Counted from the stretch's first letter, positions 51,833 through 63,502 are shown. The stretch: 64,000 nucleotides of DNA from Lama guanicoe (GCA_013239625.1 MU053873.1:3764273-3828272), one strand, 5' to 3'. Notes: a model not told the origin generated them from the letters alone. Numbers and translations are program-made.

Positions 51833-54244
51833 TGATAGCTGTTCTAATTCTAACTTTCCATTTTGACATAATTCACTAAACAACAATTAGAGAAGAATTC
51901 ATTGAAGGCCCAAAGTATCACCAAGTCTCTTGATCGCTTAGGGCTTCCATTATCTGACTTTTGTACGGAGGCTACTGCAAAAGGACCCGTTACTGCCCTT
52001 TACAAACACCCAGAACCTGAGTTCCTTAAAGATTCTGCAAAAGAAAAGCACAAAAATCTATTCCACACCTATCTTCTTGTACCACTAAGAGAAAGAAGGC
52101 TACGCCGCCTCCCACGGGAGCTCAGCCTCACCCAGGGGCGCACAGCGGGTGAGCCGCAGGGCCAGCAGGCCCACGAGGGTCATGACCTCCTGAAGCTGAG
52201 GGATGACCTCCACGGGGCCAAAGAGCATCCAGACCCAGAGGGAAGCTCCAGCCGCCCACCCTGGGATGGATGCCGTCCGTCGAGACTCGGCCTTCCTGAC
52301 TCCCACTCAAGGGCCCCATCCCTCTGGATCCCCCAAATACACCCCTTCCTGGTCTGGAGCACTGCTCCGGTGGCCACAGCACCCCCCACGCCCTGGCCCC
52401 GGGCTTATCCAGGGAGAGCAAGGTCCTACTCGGAGGGCGTCTGCAAGTTAAGATGTGACCAGAAAGGATGGCAGAAATGTTCTCCTGTGAATGAGTTCTA
52501 CTTCGCTCTTCTCTGGGTGGGGCGAGCCCTGGGCCTGGTCCTCCGTGAACGCTGTGATGGGGTAACAGCGCTGCTCTGCAGTGGGCGATACCTGTGCCGT
52601 CTGATACACGAGGAGGCTCAGGCCAGAGAAGCACCCCCAGCTGCACCACTGACCATCTCTGTGACCTTAGGGGAGTTACCTGTCATCTCTGTGCTCTGAT
52701 CTCCTTCTTTAAGGGAGAATGTTTTATCCATTTCATAGGGGCATCGAGATAATTCTGTGAGGTCATCCATATAAAATGCTCAGTAAGTGTTGTCTAAAAA
52801 CTACTTTATCCCATGACAACGGCTTTAGTTGAGCCCTTGTTTTCCTTGAGTGAAGGCTCCCCAAAGTCTTACCAGCTACTGAGTTTTATTAAGTCTTAAA
52901 TACACACTTGGCAAATTCCAAGTAGAGGAAACACGGGGAAGGCGTGGCTACTGGAAAGTGATGCCGGCCACATTACACGGCTCGAGGTTCTTAGGATTCC
53001 AGAGCTGCCCAACCTGGCCCACTTAGAAACCAGGAGAATGAGACAGGGAGAAGGGACCAGTAGGAGGCCGCGACTGTTAGGGGCAGAGTTGGGACGAGGA
53101 GTTGGCTGTCGCTCACCTCCCATGCTGGGCTCTGCAACCAACAACTGCCCTCGGACAGAAATGCCCGTTTCTACCCGCCAACCAGCAGCAAATGCCACCA
53201 CCCTCTCCCGGAGCCCCTCAGGAGGCTACCGCAGGGGGACCCAGCCAGACTGGGCGGGAGACATCGCTAAGCAGGAAAGCCAGGGCCCCTGCTGTCACCC
53301 TCCTCACATCGAACCCACGCCCATCAGTCTCCAAGGCTCCCGGAAGCCGCGCTGCCAGACATCTGTAACCAGCATCAAAACAGACTGTGCAGTGACAGCT
53401 GCATTATTCATGAGCATTTCTGCCGTTGTAACCCTGAAAACACGACACAGACGAACTGATGTGAGCCAACCCTGCAAGCATCAGAGAACCCCAGAATAAC
53501 CCCCCCAGGACTCCTGCTTTCGTTCATTCGCTCGGCACTCATTTTCAGAACCTCCACTTGGCCCAGCAGGGTTTCCAGCCCAGGAGCGGACGCTCAGAAA
53601 GAGCAAGACAGGAGTTCCCTCTCTTGCTTAAAGACTGTGTATTCTCATTCGTCCCCTCCAGGTATTGCCCGTCCTGCAGCCACAACATAGGTGAGTTCAT
53701 GCTCTGCCCTTTCCCGTGCTCAAAATAGTCCCCCAAGGCTCCCAGCTCACTCAGAGTAAAAGCCAAAGCTTCCCACTGAGGGCCACAAGCTGGGCATGAT
53801 CGGCTTCCTGTTCCTCCTTTGACCCCACCTCCTCCTCCTCCATTCTCCACTCTGCTCCAGCCTCACTGGCCTCCTCACTGTTACCCACCCAAGGCCTTAG
53901 CATACGCTGTTCCCTCTGCCAGGAACACCCTTCCTGCAGGTGTCTGCCAGGCCGGTCTCTGCTCAGTGTCACTTGACTCAGTGTCAGAGAGGCCACCCCC
54001 GAATCTCACGTCTGGAGGGCCCTTCCCACCACCCTCCACCACTTTTCCAGCTTTCTTTTCCTTATAGCACTGGTCACTTTTAATACACATTTACTGTTTC
54101 TCTGTCTGTCCCCCAGCTAGACCGTATGCTTCATGAGAGCCTGGGATGTGAGCAGGGATGTTGCTTTGGTCACTTTTCAATCTGCAGTTCCTGCAACCGT
54201 GCCTAGCACATGGCGGATACTCAAAAAATATTTGTGGAAGGAAG

Positions 54245-54897
54245 TGTGAATGAAAAATTTTGCCCCCCATCTCGGTAAACAAAGGATGCTGCGACCATCC
54301 AGTCATCAGCCACCACCACTGCCACCCCGGACAGTGAGCAGGGGGAACTCAGGATGGAGACAGGCAGGCAGCCGGGCCTCTGCTGCCACCCCCAATGGTG
54401 TCCCCTGAGGGAACTCAGGATGTGGAAGGACAGGACACTGGCCCTAGAGAGCTGGGTGCACATCAAAGGAATGACTTCAATGAGCCCAGACTTGTGCACC
54501 TTCTCACACGTAGAAAAGTGCTAAATTCCCTAACTTGACATATCAGGTTTTATTTTGTATTTTAAAAATAATTTTATTATTTTTAAAAACTTTAAAAATG
54601 TTTAATGCAGGCACTGTGGACTGAACCTGGGACCTCCTCCCCGCTAAGCATGTGCTCCACCGCTGAGCTACACCCTCCCCCCGGTTTTCTTTAATTAACA
54701 GTAATAGTTTCATGTTCTGACTACCTGGCCTTTGTTGCAAAAGCTCCTACATATCCTGGCCCCTCCCCTACCTCTTTGGCGCAGTCTCCTAGAGTGATCT
54801 GAGAGCCCATATCTTGTGCTTGAGTCCTCAGAAAATCCAACGAATAAAACATAGAACTCTTAACTTACAGGTTGTGCATTTTTTTTTTCAGTCGAGA
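54245..54897 (+). mobile_element. solo ERV1-type LTR
   Basis: starts TGTGAA, AATAAA at 54843, ends TTTTCAGTCGAGA (CA end mutated); 4-bp TSD GAAG at 54241-54244 and 54898-54901. Confidence 0.7.
54549..54682 (-). mobile_element. Vic-1-like SINE inserted into a solo LTR
   Basis: reverse-complement copy flanked by GGTTTT repeats. Confidence 0.8.
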
Positions 54898-55429
54898 GAA
54901 GGAAAGAAGGCAAGGCAAGAGGAAGTTTTCTTCCAAGAACTGGCAGAGAGCCCACCCTGGCACCTACTGTCAGCTGGAACTTCCTGAAGTCCAGCTCCAA
55001 GCAAGAGCCTCTGCTGCTCCTGCATTTTCTAGAACTCCCCACCTTCTGACGGGAGCCTGGCACTTACGGCCCCACACTAGCCAGGACTAAAGGGCCTTTC
55101 CAGCCTCAGCTCCTTCCCTGCACATTTAACCCCAAGCTGTGCTTCCAGGGGTCCTGCTAAGCTTGGAGCTCCCTATGCTCTGCCCTCTGTGACTTGGGGA
55201 CGTGCAGCCACCCTTTAGATCCTGACAAAGTGGGATGTGAATCCTGGCTTCCCCATAGACTCACTGTGTGACCTGAAAGCTGGCTGCTTAATGTCTCTGT
55301 GCTTCCTGTTCCTCTTCTATCAAGTGGAGGAGGTGATTATTCTCTGTCTTAAGGCTGTCGTGAAGCGTGAAGGAGGTGCCATTTGGGGAGCACTGAGCAA
55401 AGCAGGGCCACCTGGGCTGGATACCTCTC

Positions 55430-55695
55430 TGTGGCAGGGAGCATCCCGCGCTCTGTAGGAAGCTGAGCAGCACCTAGTCTCCCACTAGGTGCCAGCATCG
55501 CCCCCAGGTGTGACAACCAAAAATGTCTCCAGACGTAGCCACATGTCCCCAGGGGTAGGGCTGCCAGATTTAGCAATATATACTTATTCTAAAAAAAAAA
55601 AAATTATTTGCTGTTTATCTAAAATTTGGATTTAACTGTGGGACCTGTATGTTATCTGACAATCCTACCTGGGAGGCAAAATGGCCCGCCCTCGG
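55430..55695. mobile_element. MER20 fragment interrupted by a partial MER53
   Basis: GTGACAACCAAAAATGTCTCCAGAC (MER20), then TAGGGCTGCCAGATTTAGCAA...TCTGACAATCCTA (MER53), then MER20 resumes GGGAGGCAAAAT. Confidence 0.65.
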
Positions 55696-56119
55696 TGAAA
55701 GAAAAATATTGCCTGCCGTATCAGTGAACAAAGGATGCTGTGGCCATCAAGTCACCAGCTCCTTCCTGGGAGACAAAATTGTCCCCCCTTCCTTCATTAA
55801 GGGCCACTGGGACGGAGTGACGCCACCACAGGGTCCCAGTAGTAACAGACTCCCTCCAACCTTCTTAGCATGTCCACCCCTCCTCTAACACGGACCCCCT
55901 ACTCAGGGGCTGGGAGGCTCAGCCACTGTGATGGCGGCTCTCCAGGACAGTTCTTGCACGGCCAGCTCCTGGGTGCAGAGAGGAACGCAGCTTCCTGTCC
56001 AGCACCCCCCTCACCCCACCTGCCTCCTTCCCGGGTCTCTCTTCCCGCCCACAAGCCTCTGCCTTCTCCCCTCCAATTAAGAGGCCTCCCAGGCCCAGCC
56101 TGGGGGCAGGAAAACCAGG

Positions 56120-56210
56120 CAGTTAGTCACTCTGCTTCCCTTATCAACTCGTGTCACGTGACCCGCTCCATTAATGGCAGTCGTCATGGCAACAGGAAGC
56201 CAGTTCCTGC
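56120..56210. promoter_or_regulatory. candidate intronic enhancer (AP-1-like, GATA, CLEAR E-box, homeobox palindrome, RFX X-box, ETS)
   Basis: TTAGTCA 56123, CTTATC 56140, GTCACGTGAC 56153, CCATTAATGG 56168, GTCGTCATGGCAAC 56180, CAGGAAG 56193, in apparently non-repeat sequence. Confidence 0.5.
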
Positions 56211-58866
56211 TGCTCTGGGAACCAAAACAAAATTAAGGGGTGGAGGTGGGGAGGGGAAAGGAGGAGAGGGCAAAGCAAGGCAGGAAGGGGCCAAAATAGA
56301 GTCGGTGGATTTAACTGGAGGGAGTTATGCCGAGGCCACCCGGTTTACGGCTTTCCCTCGGATGGCGCTGGGGAGACAGAAAAACAAGACCCCTGCCCGC
56401 CCCGGAGAAGCTTGGGCTGACGCGTGGGTGCTTTCACATGGTTTATCCTGACAGGTGAGCAATTTTCACCCTTAATATGAATAAACTGAACCCCAGACAC
56501 TTGTGAATGTAAAACAGATGCCGGTCCAAGATTGTGCCACTGACGAGCAATCAATTTCACCCTCTTTTCCCATTTTCCTCATGTCCTCCCCATTCCTTTC
56601 CTCTTACTTTTAGGATAGGACCACATGCTCTGCCCCTCTCTACAGGCCGCACTGCTCTCCTTTCTTGCTGAACTCCAGCCATTTCTGAGTCCTCCCATTC
56701 CTCAAGTGCATGGTGCTCCCTCCAGCCACCGTCTTTACATGTGCAGTTCCTTCTGCCAGAACAGCTTTACTCTGTGTCTTGCTACCTCCCATCTTCACCT
56801 AAAAAGCCTCCTCATCCTTCACTCATCTTACATGTCACCTCCTCCAGGAAGTCTTCCTGAGCCACCTGCATGTGGTTACATCTCTCCGTTAGGTGTTCTT
56901 GTGGTGCCAAGGGCCTCTCCTTCAGACCTCGGAAGACAGCCTGAAATTATCCTTTTAATTACACTGGGGATGTCTGTCAAGGTCTGTCCACTGTCCTGGA
57001 AAGTAAGCCCCCAGAGGGCAGGGCCCATCCTGTTCACCGCTGTATCCACAGATCCCAGCTAAGTGCCTGGGCCACAGATACTCCTCAGTAAATAAATGCA
57101 CTGGGGTCTGAACCCAGCTCTGGCTGAGCCCAAAGCTCCTTAACCCGCTGCATGGTGCTGGCTCTTCCTGGCTCGCCAAGTCAGCACCAGGCAGAGCTTC
57201 CAGCCCCAAAGCTTCTGCGGGCCTTTGTGGCTTCAGTGGCTCAGGCAAAGCTTGCAGACCTGCCTGGCTTATCTACAGAAACTGACTGTTAAGCCACTCC
57301 TTCCAGAAAGAAGGATGGGAGGTGCCTCTGGGCGAAGCTGCGAGAGGCAGGGATGTGGCTCTGACCCCAGAGGGTGGAGAGAAGGAAGACTTGAGCTCAC
57401 TCCCAGATTTCTAGGTAAAGAGCTCCCCTTCACCATTCCACTGGAAGTGCTCCCCCAGAGAGGTGGGCAGGGGGCGGGAAGAAGAGAAGAGGTCTGCTTT
57501 GGGGGGGCATGGATTTGTCCCCATGCCCTTGGGGGACACCCATGCTGAACACGGAGCTCACGGACAGAAGACTGTTCCCCTTCACTGGTTCTGTGCCCTT
57601 GAAACATCACTCACTCTCTCAGGCCAGTTTTCTCATCTATACGATGGAAATTATACTGCGCACAGCTGCCAAGACCGAGGCGCTGTGTCGACGTGGATGG
57701 GTATGTGTGTGACGTAGGGGGTAAGAGCCTGGCTCCAACGTCAGACAGGGCTGGGGGTCACAAGGGGCTGGGGGTAAGTTCCTTCTGGGCTGTGTGCTCT
57801 CGAGGAACTCCTTCCTCTTCTCTAAGCCTGTTTCCTTGTCAGTACAATGGGGACAACCTCACTCGCCTCATAAAATTACTGTGCACACAGGACACGGCAC
57901 ACAGCAGGCTCCGGGAAGTGGAAGCACCCGCCCCAAGAAATGCAACGTTTAGTAACAGCCACCAACTCGCTACTGCTCGTCTGTGCTGCCTTCTGATTGT
58001 AGATGGGGGGCAATGGGCACTTGAGATCCTTTGCCCAAACTTGCAAGGTTCTGCCCCTGCCCACCGCCCCCTGCCCTGACCCCCGCAGGTACCAAGCAGG
58101 ACGCCAAGAGGTCCCTCTGACCAGGACATGGCCATGGCCTTGGCCTCGAGCCAGGCAGAAAGCTCATCCCAAGCCCCAAACTCAGCTGCTCCCAGGAGAG
58201 AGGATGCAGCCCCAGACCACTGGCCGCCCGGGGGAAAGTGTCCCCCACGGCCCGGCCAATTCCCAAAGCTAGACTGGCATGGATGGGACTTCCAAGGACA
58301 CTGGACCAATGCTTCCTTCTCCAGGTGCGGAAACTGAGTCTCTGAAAGGGGAAGGAACTTTTCCAGGGCACCAAGGGCGCTGGTGGCAGCGCTGGGACCA
58401 AGGGCCCAGCCGGAGCCCTGTCCAGAGGCAGGAAGGACTCCCTCCAAGACGCCTGCTCATATGCTCTTCTGCCTGTACCCCACCCGCCCCTTCTGAACCA
58501 GCCGACCACTTCCTTCAAAACGCAGCCATGCCAGGTAAAACCATGTGGGGAGCACATATTACAGCTAGGTTTGATTAAACAATGAATAAAAAGACTGCAG
58601 GTTTTTAACTGAAGGCTTTTGGTGGGGGTGGGGAGGTCTAGATACACTCTCCCCTCGTCATCAGAATGTGTAGGTTTTGGTGGAAAGAGAGTCTAGAAAG
58701 AGCATTCTTCGGGTCCCCAGAGGGGTCTCTATGAGAGGCCTGAGCTGAAAAGTTCTGGCCCTCTCCGAGGAATTCCATGTATCCTGTCTCTTTATTCAGA
58801 AATGCTAGAATGTGCAACCCGCCTGGAGCTGCTTTCTTAAAACAATAGAATATGTCACACACAGAG

Positions 58867-58892
<26 letters not shown>
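58867..58892. repeat. (CA)n microsatellite
   Basis: direct reading. Confidence 0.9.
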
Positions 58893-58898
<6 letters not shown>

Positions 58899-59899
58899 TC
58901 GCCCACGCTGCCTGATGGGGGAGGGGCAGCAACAGGTCCCAGCCTTCAGGCTGCCCCTGGTGGCTGTCTGCCACCATGCGGGGAGGGGCTTCTTGGTGGT
59001 CAGCGCTGTCACCAGATACTGACACCCCCAACCGACACAGGATCAAGCCGGCCCCCGAGGTCTGTGGCCACTCCTGGTCTGAGCACTCAAGATGCAGAGG
59101 TGATGCAAGCTTGGCAGCGATGGGGTCCCAGGTGGAGGGGTGGGGGGTGATAGGAGGTGGGCGATACACACAGTGACACACACACTCACACACCCCACGT
59201 CACACACACAGTCGCAGCCTCACTCATTCACACAGATTCCTGCTTCACACACATCACGATCAGAAACACGAGAAACACAGACACACAGAGACATGGACAC
59301 AGTGAGAGAGACACTTAGATATCTCCAGGCAGAGACACAGACATTCTCAGAAACGCACTCACATGTCATCACCCACACAGGCATGTGCCTGCGCGTACAC
59401 ACGCAGCACACACGCACACACAGTCCTGGCATCCAAATGCTACCCCAGGCACCCACTGCCTTGGCGTCTCCCGCTCTGCAAGAAGCCATGAGCTATGAAC
59501 TCTAAAGACTAGGCTGGGCTCATGTCTCACCCCAGGGAGAGTGAAGGGTCAGAGGGGCAGCTGAATCCCGTCTGATTCTCACCCTCCTGCCAAGGTGGGG
59601 CGGGACTGGGGGTCAGAGGGCCCTGCCTGCCAGGGCCACTCGGGCACATGCCCACAAATGGAGTAAGCTGATGACCTGGGAGTCTCAGGGAGGGAGTCCC
59701 CTGGCTCCTGGGGGGTGGCTCCAAGGACTGAGAAGTGAGGGGAGGGGGTGGGCGGGAGGCTTTATTTTCCTAAAGTGAATCTCCCTCCTCTTCTTTAAGT
59801 CTGGTCCTCCTGCTGCAGCCCCGTCCAGGACCCCAGGTGTTTGTCTCACCTTGGTGAGACCCACCCACCGGCTCCTCCACAAGAGGGGGTCCTACCCAG

Positions 59900-60680
59900 G
59901 CCTATCCAGGCGTGCCCCCCACCTGAAGGGCCCTCACGCTGCAGTCGCCCCTGCACGCAGCAAAAAAACCATCCAGACTCCCCCCATACCTGAGGCTCCC
60001 CCACCCCCAAACTCACCTGCCTCCAGCCCCGAGGGAGGTAAGCACCCACCGAGGTGAGCCCCACCCCCGAGGTGGCCGCCCCTCCTTTGGAGATGCTTTC
60101 CCGCGGTGGCTGCGGCGGCCCCCGCCCCCCNNNNNNNNNNNNNNNNNNNNNNNNNNNNNNNNNNNNNNNNNNNNNNNNNNNNNNNNNNNNNNNNNNNNNN
60201 NNNNNNNNNNNNNNNNNNNNNNNNNNNNNNNNNNNNNNNNNNNNNNNNNNNNNNNNNNNNNNNNNNNNNNNNNNNNNNNNNNNNNNNNNNNNNNNNNNNN
60301 NNNNNNNNNNNNNNNNNNNNNNNNNNNNNNNNNNNNNNNNNNNNNNNNNNNNNNNNNNNNNNNNNNNNNNNNNNNNNNNNNNNNNNNNNNNNNNNNNNNN
60401 NNNNNNNNNNNNNNNNNNNNNNNNNNNNNNNNNNNNNNCCCCCGGGTCCCCGGCGGAGGCCCCTCCCTGCCGACGCACAGCGTCACCGCCCCCCGCCCCC
60501 TGGCCCCGGTATCCAGCCCGCGGACCTCCCTGCCGAGGGACCTCCCTCCCTCCATGCCCCGTACCACCTGTCCCACCTCCCCTTACAGGGACGGGAAGGA
60601 CAGCGTCATTTATTCAACGTCTGCTGCGTGCCAGGCTCCCAAGTGGCGGGAGACGGTGTGGCTACTCATGACACGCTCGT
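59900..60680 (-). promoter_or_regulatory. CpG-island promoter of SGSM1 with GC boxes
   Basis: very GC- and CpG-rich flanks on both sides of the gap; SP1-type CCCGCCCC boxes at about 60121 and 60492; lies 5' of the first visible exon. Confidence 0.8.
60131..60438. other. assembly gap (308 N)
   Basis: run of N. Confidence 1.
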
Positions 60681-60865
60681 AGCCTCAGGTTTCTCATCTT
60701 TAAAATGGGTGTAATAGGATCACCTCATAGGAACGATATGAGACTTAAATGAAATAGTGAATGTAAAGCACTTCACACACACCCAGGGAAAAAGGCCAGC
60801 AACCATGAAAAACAGCTGTGCTACTGCTATTACCATTATGACCATTATTACTATTATGTTTATTA

Positions 60866-61275
60866 CAGGCATACCTCGTTTAATTGGGTTCATTTTCTTG
60901 AACTTTGCAGATTAAAAAAAAAATTGAAGGTTTGTAGCAACCTTGCATTAAGTAAGTCTATTGGTGTCATTTTCCCAGCAGCGTTTGCTCACTCTGTGTC
61001 TCTGTGTCACCTTTTGGTAGTCCTCGCACTATTTCAAACCCTCCACCAGCAGAAAGATCGAATCCTCGCTGAAGGCTTAGAGGGTGGTCAGCATTTTTAG
61101 CAGTAGAGTGTTCTTAAACGAAGGCATGTACCTTGTTTTTAGACATACTGCTCTTTCACACTTAATGGTATGGTGTAAACATTACTTTTACATGCACTGT
61201 GAAACGAAAAAACCTGTGACTTGCTTTATTGCTGTGGTCTGGAACTGAACCTGTAATATCTCTGAGGTCTGCCCG
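60866..61275 (+). mobile_element. Tigger1 internal-deletion derivative
   Basis: TIRs CAGGCATACCTCG and TGAGGTCTGCCCG, TA TSDs, both Tigger1 ends joined near 61040. Confidence 0.88.
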
Positions 61276-62451
61276 TATTGTTAAGAGTGTTCCGAGATAC
61301 ACTGGTTCTCCATCCGGGAGAGGCTAGGCCTTAAGTGGTACCCTCCCCCACATGAAGGTCATTGGGAGAGTGGGGTACTGCCAGGACCCCAGTAGGGGCC
61401 CCTGTCAACCAGGACCTCCAGGGCTAAGCAGGCAATGCGTTCTTTGGGACCAAGGCTTGTTCTCCTAAGGTCCTGACTGTATCCACCCAGAAAGCACCTC
61501 AGATCTACAAATATTTATTGAGAACCTACTATGGGCCAGGTGACTGGACCCGGGATAATCATGTGAGCAAGACAGCCAAAACGCCTGCCCTGGTGGGGCT
61601 TGGGAGATAGACAAATGAATAAGCAGATGATATAGTATGGTGGAAGTTTCTGGAGAAAAATAAAGCTGGCAGAGGAGCCAGGGAGGGATTTGTATTTGAA
61701 GTAGGATAGCTGAGAAAGGCTGACACCGAGGAGGTGACATGTGAGCAAAGAGGAAAAGGAATAGGTTGCAGGGATTTCTGGAGGAAGAGCATTCCAGGGA
61801 ATACAAGGGAACAGCACGTGCAAAGGCCCTGAGGTAGGAGTGTGCCCACTGAGTGCGATAAATATCCTGGAGACCAGTGCGGCTGGAATGGCATGAGACA
61901 GGAGGATGGTGGTGAGCCAAGGTCCTGTAAGGCCTTGAAGTCCATTTTAAGGATTTGCCTCCTTCCCCCAAGGGCCTCCCTGTATTGACACCTCAGAGTA
62001 TGCCCTCCCTCTGCAGCTATGGATCCAGAGTCCCCTCATTTCCACTTGTCAGTGTCACCATAAGCCACAGAAGCTGCATTTGTCTAACTTGGCAGAAAGG
62101 AATAAACCGGAAGGATAGTGGGAATTCCCAGAGTCCAAGAGCGGCTGGAGGACTCAGAAGTGGGACAAAACTGAGGCAGCTCTGGAAGGCCAGAGAGCCC
62201 CTTGGGAATGATCAGCCGACAAAGACATTGTGGTTAGGGCTCCAGCACTCAGGCGATGGGAGCTCCACCTATTTAAGGCCCCGTCCCAGGGAAGGAGCAT
62301 CTGATTGGCCTGGTGTGGGGGACACAGCCTGCTCCTTGCTGGGGGAGGGGCGTCTCAATCACAGTCCTGCCACCCACCAGTGCAGGTGTCTAGAATCCCC
62401 CAAGAGCTCAGAGAATGAGAAACAGTTGCTTGTTAGCAAAAGAAAAAAAAA

Positions 62452-62472
62452 GATAGATAGATAGATAGATAG
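62452..62472. repeat. (GATA)n tetranucleotide microsatellite
   Basis: GATAGATAGATAGATAGATAG after an A-run. Confidence 0.9.
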
Positions 62473-63502
62473 TAAGTATATATTGAGACCTACTGAGCTA
62501 AGGACTTTCAGCTTTGCTTGAGGGACCTTAATAACACCCTCCCAAACCCCCGCCCCATTTTCATATCATAGCGGAGAAGGCCAAGCCTAGAGAGGGCTTG
62601 TCTAAGCTCACACAGCCAGAGAACAGCAGTCACAGTTCTGCCCTCTGGGCCCAAGAGATAGATCCAGTGGTTCTCACCCTTGACTGCACCCCTACGTTAA
62701 CTGGGGCACTTTAGAAAAGGAGGCTGCCCAAGCCTCACTCTGCGGAGACATTTCTCAAAACCGAAGTTTTCCCCTTCCCTGCCAAACCCTAAGCGTGGGA
62801 AAGTGACCTGTGTGGTCCTTGCTTGAAAACCTGGAGTTTTTCTTCCAAGATGAAGGACTTAGCGATGTTTGGTTTAACAGCAACAGGAAGACAGGCATGG
62901 ATGGGCGCAGGACTTGATTGAGGTTTGTCTTGACTCTCTCCGTTGCAGTTGGACCACTCACCACTAGGGGCGCCATCGCCTAAGATCGGCTGGGGAAGAG
63001 TTGAACTCTCCCTGAGGCCAGAGCAAGAAAACTTTCCTGGGTCCCAAAGCCTTCCCTCTATTGAGAAAGCTCCGCATCTTGCTCTGTACAAGCGGTAACA
63101 GGCTTGGGCAGTCCTGCGTAAGATGGAGGAGCCGCACTGCAGAATGAATTTGGAGCTGAGAGACAACACATTAAATACTGGTACAAAGCATGACCTCACA
63201 ATTCATAATATAATAAAAATGATGATAATTGCTATATCTTATTGAGCACTTAAACGTGTCTGGCACTGTGCAATAAACTTCTTACATTTCTCACTGAATT
63301 CACCGAACAACTTCATGATGTAGGTTCCTCTCATTACCTGCATTTTATAATAAAGGCTCAGAGAAGTTAGATAGCTTAATCAAAGACCTGTAGCTAGATC
63401 ATAAGAGAGGCTGGACTCAAACCAAAGCACTCTTAACCAACCAATACAGAGAAATCCTTCTTAGTATTGTGTTGGGTGCTGGGCAAAGGATGCTCCTAAG
63501 TG

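Larger units (their letters stand above)
1..60438 (-). other. SGSM1: SGSM1 (small G protein signaling modulator 1 / RUTBC2) gene body; 3' end runs off the window, 5' exons probably in the N gap
   Basis: 19 GT-AG exons splice into one ORF matching recalled SGSM1 protein: RUN domain ([13 protein letters not shown]...[10 protein letters not shown]), PH-like region ([12 protein letters not shown]...GYLSL), TBC motifs ([21 protein letters not shown]). Confidence 0.97.

Noticed and set aside
51902..52699. 265-aa plus-strand ORF in intron 2
   Set aside because: TTG start, GC-rich, ends in a MIR, and shows no recognisable domain, poly-A or TSD of a retrocopy. A BLASTP or PhyloCSF hit would be needed to revive it.
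57180..57200. REST/RE1-like site GTCAGCACCAGGCAGAGCTTC
   Set aside because: The right half-site misses the conserved GGACAG core; too weak to call.
57839..58647. Overlapping 202-aa and 225-aa minus-strand ORFs
   Set aside because: GC-rich intronic sequence, open in several frames at once, with no domain signal and no fit to the SGSM1 exon chain.
59846..60714. Four roughly 200-aa ORFs spanning the promoter
   Set aside because: Open only because they run through 308 N bases.
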